A DNA stretch of 64,000 nucleotides from Pseudovirgaria hyperparasitica (lineage: Eukaryota): the NCBI GenBank assembly GCA_010093815.1, contig ML996570.1; one strand, 5' to 3'. Each line of letters starts with the position of its first letter. Within the stretch, counting starts at the first letter, position 1. The position numbers were made by a program, and so were the translations under genes. Under the pieces are notes generated by a model. It saw only the letters and a list, made by a program, of their open reading frames with translations, was not told the DNA's origin and searched no databases. Of this stretch, positions 36,960 to 48,878 are shown in pieces.

Positions 36960-37821
36960 CCTTTTCACACACCAGTTTTCGCACGCTCTATTAAAAAGTG
37001 TGCGGGGCTAAGCGAGCACGTGACGTGAAGGTTACCGTCATATAACTACTTAGTCCTAAGCGACCATTAGGTAATATGAAAATGACTATACCGTTATTAC
37101 ATGATAAGAATTACCTAATATAGCCACCTACTAAGCCACCTTAAGTGGTAGAGCGACGCCTAGAGCGGCTAGACCTATAACTAGCTTAGCTCGAATCATA
37201 GAATTTTCACTATATACCGGGGCCTTATCCACCCTAATCCGGTTTAGCTCGCGCTTACTCCGGCTCGGTAACCACGAAATAGACGGTAATACCTAATTAA
37301 GTATCCCGCCTACCTATAGACGATTATATAGCCCCGAAGAATAATTTCCGAATTCGGCCTAGCTAGGGTTAGTACTAACGCATGGACCTATTAGATATAT
37401 ACCCCCTCCGGCATTAGTCATCTTAATTAATAACTACTACCTAGCGTAAAGCTATATTTCTATAGATAGGAAAAAAACACGGTAACATAGGAATAAAAGA
37501 CTAGGCCTAGCCTAGCGACCTACCTAATTATAAGAAAGGTAATACCTACTATAGTTAGTTAGGGCGTTATTAAGAGCCGGTACTAATATAGTAATAAAAG
37601 CCTAATATAAGGATAAGAAGTAAGTTTGTTACCTAATGGGATTCGAGGACTTAGACTAGGCTAGGTTAGATTAGTAATAGGGTCTAGTTAGGGAGCTAAT
37701 TATAGGAGGTTTTCTTATATATATAGTAGCCAATACTAGAGGAGGCCTGAGCCTGTGGAGCATATATATGGCTATATATATAGTTCTTCCTAGTTAAACA
37801 CTAATATTATATTATTATTAT
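36877..37821 (+). mobile_element. tRNA-derived SINE-like non-autonomous retroposon (~945 bp), RIP-mutated, with a 12-bp target-site duplication
   Basis: TATAGAAGGGTA at 36865-36876 and 37822-37833. tRNA-like head starts on the base after the first copy; (ATT)n tail at about 37805-37821 precedes the second. No ORF; body visibly TpA-rich and CpA/TpG-poor. Confidence 0.8.
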
Positions 37822-38815
37822 TATAGAAGGGTACTTATAGAAGAGAAGTATCATGAAGTATATTATTAAAAGAGTTGTAGTATTCCAATCTCCTGTTAGT
37901 GCCCGAAGGATGGATAGTTATGTATGTAGAAATTAGATATGAAGATTTTAATTTTTAAAGGATGAAGATGGAGAAAGTCTTAAGGCAGAGCAGAGGGTAT
38001 AGAGTAACGACGGGCGGCACATAGGGGTGACAAGTGCATGTATCGTCTATACCGTTCCGAAATACTGTGCTTGAGAGTAGTGTCTCTACGTGTATCCATG
38101 TATCTGTGTGAGTCGTTATATATATAATAGGTAAGAGGTTGCTAGGTCTGCGTATGAGCTATTATCTCTCTCTATCTCTATATATATATAAATATAATAT
38201 ATAGAGTAGCGTGTTATAGAGTAAAATACCAAAAAACCCAACCTCCTACATGCTAACCCACCACTACCTACACACCACACCATACCACCTACATACATCC
38301 ACACAACAACCACATAAGCAAACATACCATCCAACACACCCTTCCTCCAAGTCTACCCAATCTCCTCTAACAGAGCAAAGACAGGCACAGAGCTACTACC
38401 CCCCTCCCCTACCCACCTCAATAACCCAACAACCAGCCAGCCACAAACACTGAATCGAAACGCACGCACACTCAAAAACAAATTATAAGCAAAAAAAAAA
38501 AAGAATCACAAAGTTTCCGAATTCATTGTAATGAATGTCCAGACAGATACAATACATCAAACTCGTATATTTTTTAAAAAAAAAACTGATGACATAAAAA
38601 ACTACTATTGATGTGTACGTAGGTAGGTAAGTAAGTAAGTAAGTAAGTAAGTAAGAATAGCCAATATTCTATCTCTCAATATAGAAAAAAAAAGACGCCG
38701 GGTCTATGCAATATGACGCTCCAATCTCCCCCCCCTGCTCTCTTATGTCTCAGAGATATATGTATATGTATATATGTACGAAGTCTATATATACCAATCA
38801 ATCCAAACCACCTGC

Positions 38816-40744
38816 CTACGCAGCCCCCGCACCAATCGCCTTCCCCTTCAGATTCCGATTATCGAAAATCAGCGCCGCAATCGCAATGACAGTCGCGACG
38901 CCAGCCAGGGCAACAGCAAGGATATACGCGTCCTTCAGGCCCTGCAGATACGACGCGACAATGCCCACAATCTCGTTTGGCGGGAAGACGTTGCGCAGCT
39001 CGGTGGCGCCGGTAGACACGACGCGGAGCGGGTCGATGCCGGGGACGTTTGCGGGCAGGGAGGTGATGAGTTCGTTCTGGAAGAGGGCCTGGGCGGTCTG
39101 GATGAAGGCGGCGCCGGCGAGGGTCTGGAAGAAGACGGCCATTGCGGTGGCGGCGGAGATGTCGGCGGGGTCGACGACGGCCTGGACGACGATGATGGGG
39201 ATTTGGATGGAGAGGCCGGTGCCGATACCGGAGAGGGCTTGGTAGCCGATCCACTCGGAGGACGGGGAGCCGACGGCGAGGGTGTAGATGAGGCCGTTGC
39301 CGATGGTGGCGAGGGCGGCGCCGAGGATGAGCATGGGGATGTAGTGGCCTGTTGCGGTGATGATGATGCCGCTCACGATGGTGAGGAGGCCGATGCCGAG
39401 GATGAAGGGCAAGTTTCGGATCCCCGAGTCGGAGGCGGAGACGCCGGATACGACTTGGAAGTACAGGGGTACTGGGGAGGGGTGTGTTAGCTGCGATACG
39501 AAGTGGCTTTTTGGGGTGGTGAGACTTACGAAAATAGAGGAGGTTGAGGAACGAGCCGGAGCCGAAGAGCTGGAAGGCGAGGGCGAATGAGATGGACTTG
39601 TTCTTGAACAGACGGGGCACGAGGAGAGCGCGCTCTTGCTGGTAGAATTCGTTTGCAATGAAGAGGATCAGTATCAGACCGGCCCCGACGAGCAGTCCGA
39701 TAATGACGGAGGAGTTCCAGGCGTGAGAAACACCTCCCCATTGTAGTGCCAGTAGGAAGCAGACCACGGATCCCATCAATACGAAGGTTCCTACTGGGTC
39801 CATCTGGAGGATCTTCTCAAGAAGAGGTGCGTCGAGAGGTTTTGCGGCCGCAGGTGTTTTGAATGTGAACAGGATGATGGCTGCGGCGACACCGCCGATT
39901 GGCAGGTTGATGTAGAAACACCATCTCCAACTCAAGTTATCTGTAAAGACGCCTCCTAGAAGTGGACCAATGACTGATGCGACCGCATAGCTATGAACTG
40001 TTAGCGGCTGTGTTGTGACTGTAGACTCGTTTGGGACTTACACAGCACCGAGGATACCTGTGAACGCCGCACTCTTGCCGGGAGGTGCAGCGAAAGCGAT
40101 GATTGTGTATGCCCCAGAGGCAATTCCAGCTCCTCCAGCGCCAGCGATGGCGCGGCCTACAATCAATGTCGTGCTGTCTTGCGCTACAGCACAGATGAGA
40201 CTGCCAACCTCAAACCAAAAGATGGCGATGAGGAAAGCAGTCTTCAGCGGGAAATACTTGTAGGCCTTGCCCCATGTGGATTGAAATGATGCGACTGTCA
40301 GGAAGAATGCAGAGCCGTACCAGCCGACGTCTTCGAGGCTTCGAAACTCATCGGTGATTCTAGGTATAGCAGTGGCTACGATGGTCATGTCGAGTGCGAC
40401 CTACACGTTGTATCGTTAGCCCAGTCTGTTTTGCGCGATCTGATAGGATGACTTACGAGAAATACCGACAAGACAAGGGCAACAATGATAGCCGTCAACT
40501 TCAGCCAGGCACTCCTTGTCGAAGCTGCGGTGGTGGACGGCTCCAAATTCGCTCCAATTGTGGTAGGGTCCAACTTCTCCGCATCTTGTTCGCGCTGTTC
40601 GTGCTGTTCGTGCTCGTTGAGGCTCTCGTGTTCTTTGACAGACTTCTCCTCACCGATCATACTTGTGTTGGACGAAGACGTCACGCCGGCTGTGACGTGA
40701 TGTGGGACAGGCAGGCTCGGATCTTGAAATTGAGTAGCGGACAT
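38816..40744 (-). CDS. MFS drug:H+ antiporter, DHA2 (14-TM) family, GliA/TOXA/AflT-like
   Basis: [79 protein letters not shown]. Three introns. Confidence 0.95.
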
Positions 40745-42198
40745 TGCGATTGAAAGAGAGGTGCTCCCGGAAAATTCCTCAGACTCTGCTCCGATGAGGC
40801 CAAATGCGTTGAGAATAGCTGAGACAAGATATCGGGAGAAGTCAGATGTGGATATATATACAGTGTACTCAGCGTAAGGACATAACGGTTTAAGTCCACA
40901 TAATAATCCAGAGTTGACTGCTTGGATAAGTATGCGATTGGATGTCGACACGGTATTTGGCCCCACGGTCACGGAAACATAACGACACCACAAGATGCCC
41001 AACGGACAGGTACTTGTCCGTTGGATGAGTCGACGGGTCGTCAAGCGCGCTAAAAAGGGAACAATCCTTATGATTCATTTGGTCTCATCATGTAAGCCGA
41101 CATCGAAGCGGCCGGCCGACGCTGTAGTAGTGTCCAGGTATCTACGCGCGGCAAGGTCAAATCTACGCTGACACGGATTTTCCACGGGATCTTCCTTGAA
41201 GATTGGATCAGCTTAATAGTCTCGGACCTTGCAGAGCGAGGGCACCAGCACCCATCTAAGAGTTGCTAGAACACAAGTCAATGTAGAGGCGGTGCGGATG
41301 CTCTGTTTTCCACGATGCGCAGTACGCCATCACGGTAATGCCAGGGTATCACCACATGCAGCCATGGTATCACCACATCCTGCCAAGACTTCAGCCGCGT
41401 TCTGGCAAGCCAAAACAATCCGGATGAGCAGCACGTGTTAACATCGATCTCATTCTCGCAACAGCTACGCTTGATTGATAATGGTGTGTTGACAAAGCGG
41501 CGCACGAAAAGCTCCGGGGACAAGGACAAAGGGGCCGATAAAGCTCCCGTAACCCCTTATTGGTCGCGCCAAGCACATCAGCAGTAAGCGGCTCTAAGCG
41601 TCTGTTATGCAGGTGGCCTTAACGTTATCCACACGGTGATATGACGATGGCCGGCCTACGCATGTTGCTGCCGATTCAAACTCCGAACAGCATCAGCATC
41701 GCCATTGCATGTCTGGTCCGTCCGGACATCGTTTCGTACGATTTGTTTGGTGCGAGTATTTCATGTGAGCAGAGCGATGCTCATGTTACTTTGGCTGGAG
41801 ACATCTGAAAGGGCTCTCGAACGTTGCCTCAACTCATGGCTTGAGTGGCGCCCTCACAGTCAGAGACTTAATGCTGTATTCAACCACGGAACGCGTTGGA
41901 CCAAGAACGAGCTGGACCCAGCACGAGCGTAACCACCCCACAGAGTTGGGAACCGTATAATCTGGGAGTAAGTCTTGGAAGGATTTTCGAATAGCAGATC
42001 TGGAATGTTGATGTCGGATCACGATAGGGGTGCAAGCGTACTTGAGAGTCATTGGTTGGCCATGCGCCTATCGATCGAAAGATGCGAAACGCTATTTGGT
42101 ATCTATGCCATTAGCCTGTGATGTGAAAGCCATCGCCAGGACAGTCTTGCATCTTCCACGGCGTCCAGGTCAGCCCTACGTAGGAAGGGCTTGGCATA

Positions 42199-43643
42199 TC
42201 ACGGTAGTTGATCTACACTCGCTCCATTCGCAGAACTATTCGCAGCTCCATCCGCAGAGTGGAAGCCTTGCGGTTGCTCCACGCGCTGACACCAGCCAAA
42301 TTCATCCTTGAGCTTGCCAAGTTGAATACCTTTCAGAGTCTGAAGGAGCTTCACGACGACTGGGCCGGGCTCGCCGTCCATACCTTTGTACTCGAACGTG
42401 TCTCCAGTTGAGCGCATAGTAACAGACTTTATGGGAACTAAAGCTGCTGCTGTGCCAGCCGCCATCACCTCGTCGAAGCCAGAGAGCTCCTCGTACTTGA
42501 CCTATGAAATCGTTAAGTAGCTTTCCAGGATTCGTGGAATTCTAATCTGACCTCTCGCTTCTCGACCTTCCAGCCAAAGGATTGTGCAATTTCACAAACA
42601 GTAGTGGAAGTGACACTCTTGATGGCAGACTTGCTATCTGGCACAACGATCGTTATGTCTTCTCCATCCTTCTTCACCCCTATGAACCCGGACGTCGAGA
42701 ACTCGTCAATGGAGGTTCTAGTCTTGCTGTCGAGGTGAAGCGTAATACCGAAGCCTTCCTTACCGGCTTTCTCGCTCCATCTCAGCACAGGGGCATAGTT
42801 TCCTCCAACTTTGGCCGATCCGACACCTTCCGGAGCAGCGCGATCGAAATCCTCAAGGATGAGTGCTGCCACAGGGTGCACACCATGATAAACACCCACT
42901 GGCAGAACGTACACGACAAAGGTATACTCATCGGTGGGATTTAGCGGTAGCTGTGCTCCTGAGCCGTATAGAAGAGGTCGAATGTACATTGCAGCTCCGG
43001 TGTCGTGAGGAGGAACGAACTCGGCATTTAGGCCGACGGCCAACTTACAGCATCGCAAGAAGTGCTCTGTAGGGACTGGTGGAATGCTGATATACGAGGC
43101 AGAATGTTGCATTCGTTGCGCATTCTGGTCCGGTCTAAAGATGCTGATCTGTCCACTAGGATCCCTGAAAGCCTTGAGGCCTTCGTAACACTGCTGTCCT
43201 GTGGCTGCTTAGTCTGTCAATTGTCATGACCGATGCGGCTTCAATCTACCATAGTTGAGACCGGGTGCAAGTCCATGTACCCGAATGTATGGATCCTGAA
43301 TGAACTCAGGCTCTGTCCATTTGCCCGTCTTTGTGCTGTAATGGGACTCAATATGACCAGTAACTACGCTGTTATTAGCTTTATTGCTCATGAGATGAGC
43401 ACGGGCTGATTTCTTCGATAGAGTCAGATAGCAAGAGGCATGTCCAATACGTGATGCACCCAATATCTTGACCCTCACATACTGCATGATCGATAGATTG
43501 AAAGATGTGCATACCTTCGCGAGTTCTGAATCCGATATTTGACCAGTCTAAAGTGCGTCAGCGAATGTGCCGCGTTGGTCTTTCATATGTCTCGACAAAC
43601 CAATTGAGTCTGTCGGCGGCGGCGGAAACGTAGTCGAATGCAT
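42199..43643 (-). CDS. Branched-chain amino-acid aminotransferase-like protein (fold type IV PLP), TOXF-type clade
   Basis: Spliced MHSTTFPPPPTDSI-DWSNIGFRTRE-VTGHIESHYS, LNYG|QQCYEGLKAFR, YIRPLL, AKVGGNYAP (PLP Lys), DEFSTSGF, EVMAAGTAA. Confidence 0.92.
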
Positions 43644-44072
43644 CCTGTGTCAATACCACACGCTCAAGTCGTAGAAATGGAGACTGATGCCTATGTTGGA
43701 GCTGGACTGACGAGACAAAGAATTTATGACACCACCCTCTCTGTGAACCTCGCCGTGCCGATGCCGGCACGTCCACGATCGGCGACCGGACCGGTACGAG
43801 TTATACACAATCTCATACCCACAAGTACGATTTTGATCAGGGGACTTATTACTGATGCATAACAATCATAACTTTGCATTGATTCGCGGACATTTCATCA
43901 GTCGGACATGACCTGACCATCACCATGCCCAGCAGGATATCTGCTTGACGGCGTCTTATCTTCATTCACCTCTTGCATCTCTATCGCATTCCTGTAGTCA
44001 ACAGTCTCGTATCTCCGTGGTGCCACCTCTCACGTTCACAAACCCAAGCTGTACCGCTAGAAGACCATCATC

Positions 44073-44730
44073 ATGGATGTCAAAAGCCCATCGCGCCGTT
44101 TCAAAGTCCTGATCATCCTAGCCGCCACTGTACTCTCTATCCTCTACCTCGCATACCCTCGTGCTCAGATCGATCCAGTGAATACCAGCAAAAACCAGCC
44201 TTTGAAGACTGCGGAGGGGAAGGGGAAGGCTGAAGAGGTGCGGTTCGAGAACGCAATCGCTCCCAAACTCGGAAACGAAACAGTAAAGTCAGTCTACAAT
44301 CAGTTGACAATCTGTAGTAGCAGAGCTGACGCCAGTTGCAGAGCTGAACTAGGCCGTGCCGCGTGGAGAGTGCTGCATACGACATTCGCACGATTCCCAG
44401 ATGAGCCCACGGCGGATGAAAGCCAGGCCTTGAAAGACTATATACATCTGTTCCAGAGGCTATACCCTTGGTATGTGCTTGCGATACTTTGGCGTTATCA
44501 AGCTAATGAACGATAGTGGTGAATGCGCGCAACATTTCCACGAACTCCTCAAGAAATTCCCTCCACAAGTGTCATCGCGAACATCGGCAGCAACATGGGG
44601 CTGTCACGTCCACAACGAGGTTAACAGGAAACTGGGCAAGGACATATTCGACTGCGCGAACATAGGTGACTTTTACGACTGTGGATGCGCAGATGACGAG
44701 GCTGGCGACAAGACGTCAAAAGACCCCTGA
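44073..44730 (+). CDS. ERV2: FAD-linked sulfhydryl oxidase (Erv1/Alr family, ER-type Erv2)
   Basis: N-terminal TM anchor, LGNETVK|AELGRAAW, redox YPC|GEC across intron 44471-44516, CHVHNEVN, C-terminal YDCGC motif. Confidence 0.93.
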
Positions 44731-45456
44731 TCTGGGAGCCTTACTTTGTATACAACATGAACGCATTGCAGGGACAGGAGATGACGTGGCCGAGATGGCT
44801 CCTGGCGTTTTTTCGTGGCAACCACGACTGCATGAGTGGGCACACAGGTCGTAGTCGAGCTAGTCAGGAGTCACGACGTAGCGCTATCGTGCCCCTGGGA
44901 GTCAGTTGCAGACGCGTACGCAGACGACACATACGTCAAGCAGGGAGACGAGCCTGTTACCATCCATGCTCCTTACGTTGAGTGAGGTACCTTGAAATTA
45001 TGACGCCTGGGAGTAAAAAGAAACTCTGAAAGTGACCATGTAGGAGTAGAGTGAGAGTTTCTTCATGATATGACAGGATCATGATCATGATCATGATGAG
45101 TTCCAGGCTTGGACAAGTTCTCCTAAGATGATTTCATCTGTTGTTCGCTATATAACACGATCATCATCATATGCCGACTAGAGCAATAGCCCTGTCGATC
45201 CCACCGCAACCATCCACATCCGAGCAACTAGTCCGAACATCAATGATCGAAGCACTTTCCTCGCGCCCGGCGTCGTCGCAACTGCCTGCAGCACCCCTGC
45301 GCAGTCATTACCATCACAAAAACAAAAACCACAAAAAAAACCATGCGTGTCTTCCGCTCAACTTGTATTATCGTCCTCACCAGCGCTCACCTCGCGCATA
45401 CATTCACATTCACTTTCCCCAGCTTTCCAAACATCCTCTCCAGGCACTACCCCACA

Positions 45457-46428
45457 ATGGCCACCGCCGCCCCACCCAAGGCAGAATACCTGCACATCAC
45501 GCCCCTGACCGCTACAGACCTGCCCGCGCACCCAGACCTCGCCAGCGCCCAACAACCCACCGGCCAAACACCCACCCTCCACGCCTTCACCACCGCCATC
45601 CTCAAGCAAGGCGTCGAGTTCGCAACCTACTACTCCGATGCCTCCATCTTCGTGCCCAAGGGCGACAAGGCGAGTCCGCCATCAACGGCCAAGGTGACGA
45701 GTCTGACGGGCAAGAACGTGCCGCGGACGACGGCCAGCGAGCAGTGGTTTGCGCGCCGCAGCGTGCACGAGGATGCGCGGAAGAATGGAACGGCGGACTT
45801 TGAGCAGTTTGATGTGGTGCTGAATAAGGATCATAGTCGGAATGAGGACGATTATACGCCCGGGATATATGATGCGAATCGGCTGTTGGCGTGGGAGGGG
45901 ATCGGGTCGGTGGAGGAGTTTGAGGGGGTTGAGATGAGTGGTGAGTGCAGTCTTTTGTCCGTCTGTGTCCTTTGATCGTCCATTCTGACCATGGACTTTA
46001 CAGTCTACGAAATGTACCACAAACAGCCATTCCCCATCTCAGACCGCTTCTTCACAACCCTCGTCGTGGCCGCCACATACGCCGAGAAGAAATTCATCGT
46101 CGTCCAAGTCCCCGTCGACTCAGCAACCTTCCCAGCAGACTTCGTCGCATCCAAGTCCAACACCGTCGACGGCAAACATCGCAACGAGAAACGCAAGGTC
46201 GTACAGGGCCACTATGCCAGCGTGGAGCGTGTCCAGGCAAACGACTCGGACGGCACGGTCACATGGGAGGCGGGTACGGTGAGTTCGGCTGGAGGGTCGA
46301 TTCCGGATGCGGTCACGAATCTGGCGTTGCCGGGCGAGTTGGCGAAGGATGTCGGGTTTGTGGTGGGCTTTGTGAATGGGCAGGTGTGGGAGGGGCGGGA
46401 GAGGCGGTTTGTTGTTGGGTCGTCGTAG
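45457..46428 (+). CDS. DUF3074-like (START-fold-like) hypothetical protein
   Basis: WFARRSVHED...GTADFEQF...HSRNEDDYTP, intron about 45941-46003, VYEMYHK..P.SDRFF, GHYASVERV, W...TVSSAGGSIP...KDV. An in-frame upstream ATG at 45343 is also possible. Confidence 0.75.
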
Positions 46429-48878
46429 GTGGTGAGGAGTTGTATGGCGATGTGTAGATGGAAGTGTGGGCTATAATTAGCTAGGACATTGTACGGCACG
46501 TTCATGCAAGATGGCAATAATGGTAATCGAGTTAGGTGGAACGTAATGCTATGAAGGTAGGCACCCAATGTGCATATCAAACAAAGAGTTGCCTTATATC
46601 GCAGTCCTCAAGACGCGTACAAAGGCAGTCATGGCGTACAAAGCAGGCAGGTAGGTATGTATGTAGCTAACAACCTCACAACGCCTCCATCCCATTGTTT
46701 GTCTAAATGCACGACATAGTACAATATACGTGCATACTTGACTGCAGCAGTATCGATAGTGTCGTTGTGTGTGTGTGTGTCACAAGAGACTGGTGATTGG
46801 AGCAGGTACATGGCATGGGCTTTCTCGTCCTTCCCCATCTCACTGACGGCGGCGGCTAGACATAGGTCCGACTTCAACCCAAACGCATGGATGGTCAACG
46901 GCACGATCTAGGCTGGGCTACGCTCCCCCTCTCCAAGTCCCCAATCTTCGGCAAGACCCGCGGGCGATTATCTGATGCATGATATGCATGCGTGCGAGTA
47001 ATGCGTGCATGGCGTGTTTATGAGTTGATTTGAGTGTAGTTGAGTGTAGTTGAGTGCGCAGATCCATGAGGTGTTGGCAGTGTCCATGATGTACATATAG
47101 TAGCAACCAGCGTCCAACTCATCAGGGGGTTCGTTCTGTCGCGCAGGACTAATTAATGAACTAGTCGAATCGAAGCCACTGCAAAGGCTCTTTCTCGCGA
47201 TCGAAAGGAAAGCGTTGTTCTAGAAGAAGAACGGGGCATACTATACTACTGCACTATTAGTTTTGAAACGTTCGTGCTGTGTGGGTACACGGGCACACGG
47301 CACACAGCCACGGGATGTTTTAAATTCGCGATGCATGTATGTACAGTATGTGTATGTATGTATGTAACAGAAACGCTCCGGTCGGGTTATGCATGAGCGT
47401 TTGTTTGTTGGGTATTGCGAGGCAGAATGTCTGTCTAGATGTTGAGTGGAATATGCTCCGAGACGGTAACACGGGACGAGGCTGGTGTTTGTAGTACGTA
47501 CAGTACAGTACCACTCTTTTTACTGCCACTACCACTACTACTCCCACGTAAGACGTAAGACGCAAGTAGAGTTGGCATGGTCGCAGACAGACAGACCGTT
47601 CAAGGCGCTGGGCCAAGAACGAAAGGTTATTGGGAAGTATAAAGGGCTGGGGCATCGGGGGACTGGGCTTGAACCTTGAACGGTGGTTTGTGCGGTGCGG
47701 GCGGCAGTTTCATCGTCGTACAAGGGCATTGGCTCGACGCCGCTTGACGGACACGGCGATGTAGATGGTTGTGTAGTAGTATGTATGTATGTATGTAGCA
47801 AGCAGTGCGACATTGGGGAAGAAGCACGATCATGGTCGATATTGGGGTTTGTGCGCAGAGAGCGATAATGGTGGTGGTGGTGGTGTGGCAAGATGCGAGA
47901 GGTTGTGGATGAGGAAGTTGGGAGGGCGGACTGTACTGGACTGTACTGTATTATATTAGCTAGGTACAGTGTGTAATGGTGGAAGGGCTAAAAGGACGCG
48001 CAAGGCAATGATGAGTGAATAGTTGGGACTGATGGACAGGGGAATGTTGATGGTGGTTGCATTGCATTGCGTTCCATTCCCATCTGGCGGGTGGAGGTGA
48101 TTAGGTGGCAGGACAGGCCATGCAAAGCACGAAATGGCGGGCGATGCAGCCAAAGAACGTGCCTGGACGTTGCCTGGATTGGGGGCTCAAGAGGCTTAAA
48201 AGAGGGCTTGAAAGGAGTGCGGAGGTGCCTGAGCTGGCTGACCAGTCACCAAACAGAACACACCAGCCGCCTTCCCTGCGCGTTCATGATAACTTTAATT
48301 TCCTCCTGCTCCTCCTCCTCCTCCCCTCTCCCACTCCCAAATACCTCATCCTTCATCTTCCTCGATACGATAGTCGCTCGCATCATTCTCCCCCCCAACC
48401 CCCGCAGCAGACTGTGTCTTCTCTCCAATATACACTCCCGTTTGACGGCTCTGCGCTGCTCTGCCATCATCCTGGCTGTTCCGGTCTGGCCCGCTCCCTC
48501 GCCGTAGCTATACTTTATAGCCATCTCCCTTTCCGTCACTGGCACCAAAACCCGTCCCACGGTTCACCACCCGCTCCCACTGCCTGGAACTCGGCGTCAT
48601 TGACCTGCAAAATCTCTCAGCTATCCTCCATCCACATCTTCTACGTCTCAATTCATCCTCGATATGTCAAGATTCTTCTAAATTGCTTCCTCATCCCCCC
48701 CCGTACCTTCTCGGGACCTTCAGAGCTGCGCTCCCCTTCATCAAGCAGACTCGATTGAAGCGTCGGCCTTTTGCCAAATCTTTCGAGCCCTGCTTCTTCT
48801 TCTTCTTCTCTTCTTTCTGAGCACTTTTACGCCGCACACTTTTACTCTACCTTCGCAACTTTGATTCGCAGCAACATC

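Noticed and set aside
11361..43643. Complete secondary-metabolite biosynthetic cluster
   Set aside because: No PKS, NRPS, terpene synthase or other backbone enzyme, and housekeeping genes interrupt the accessory genes.
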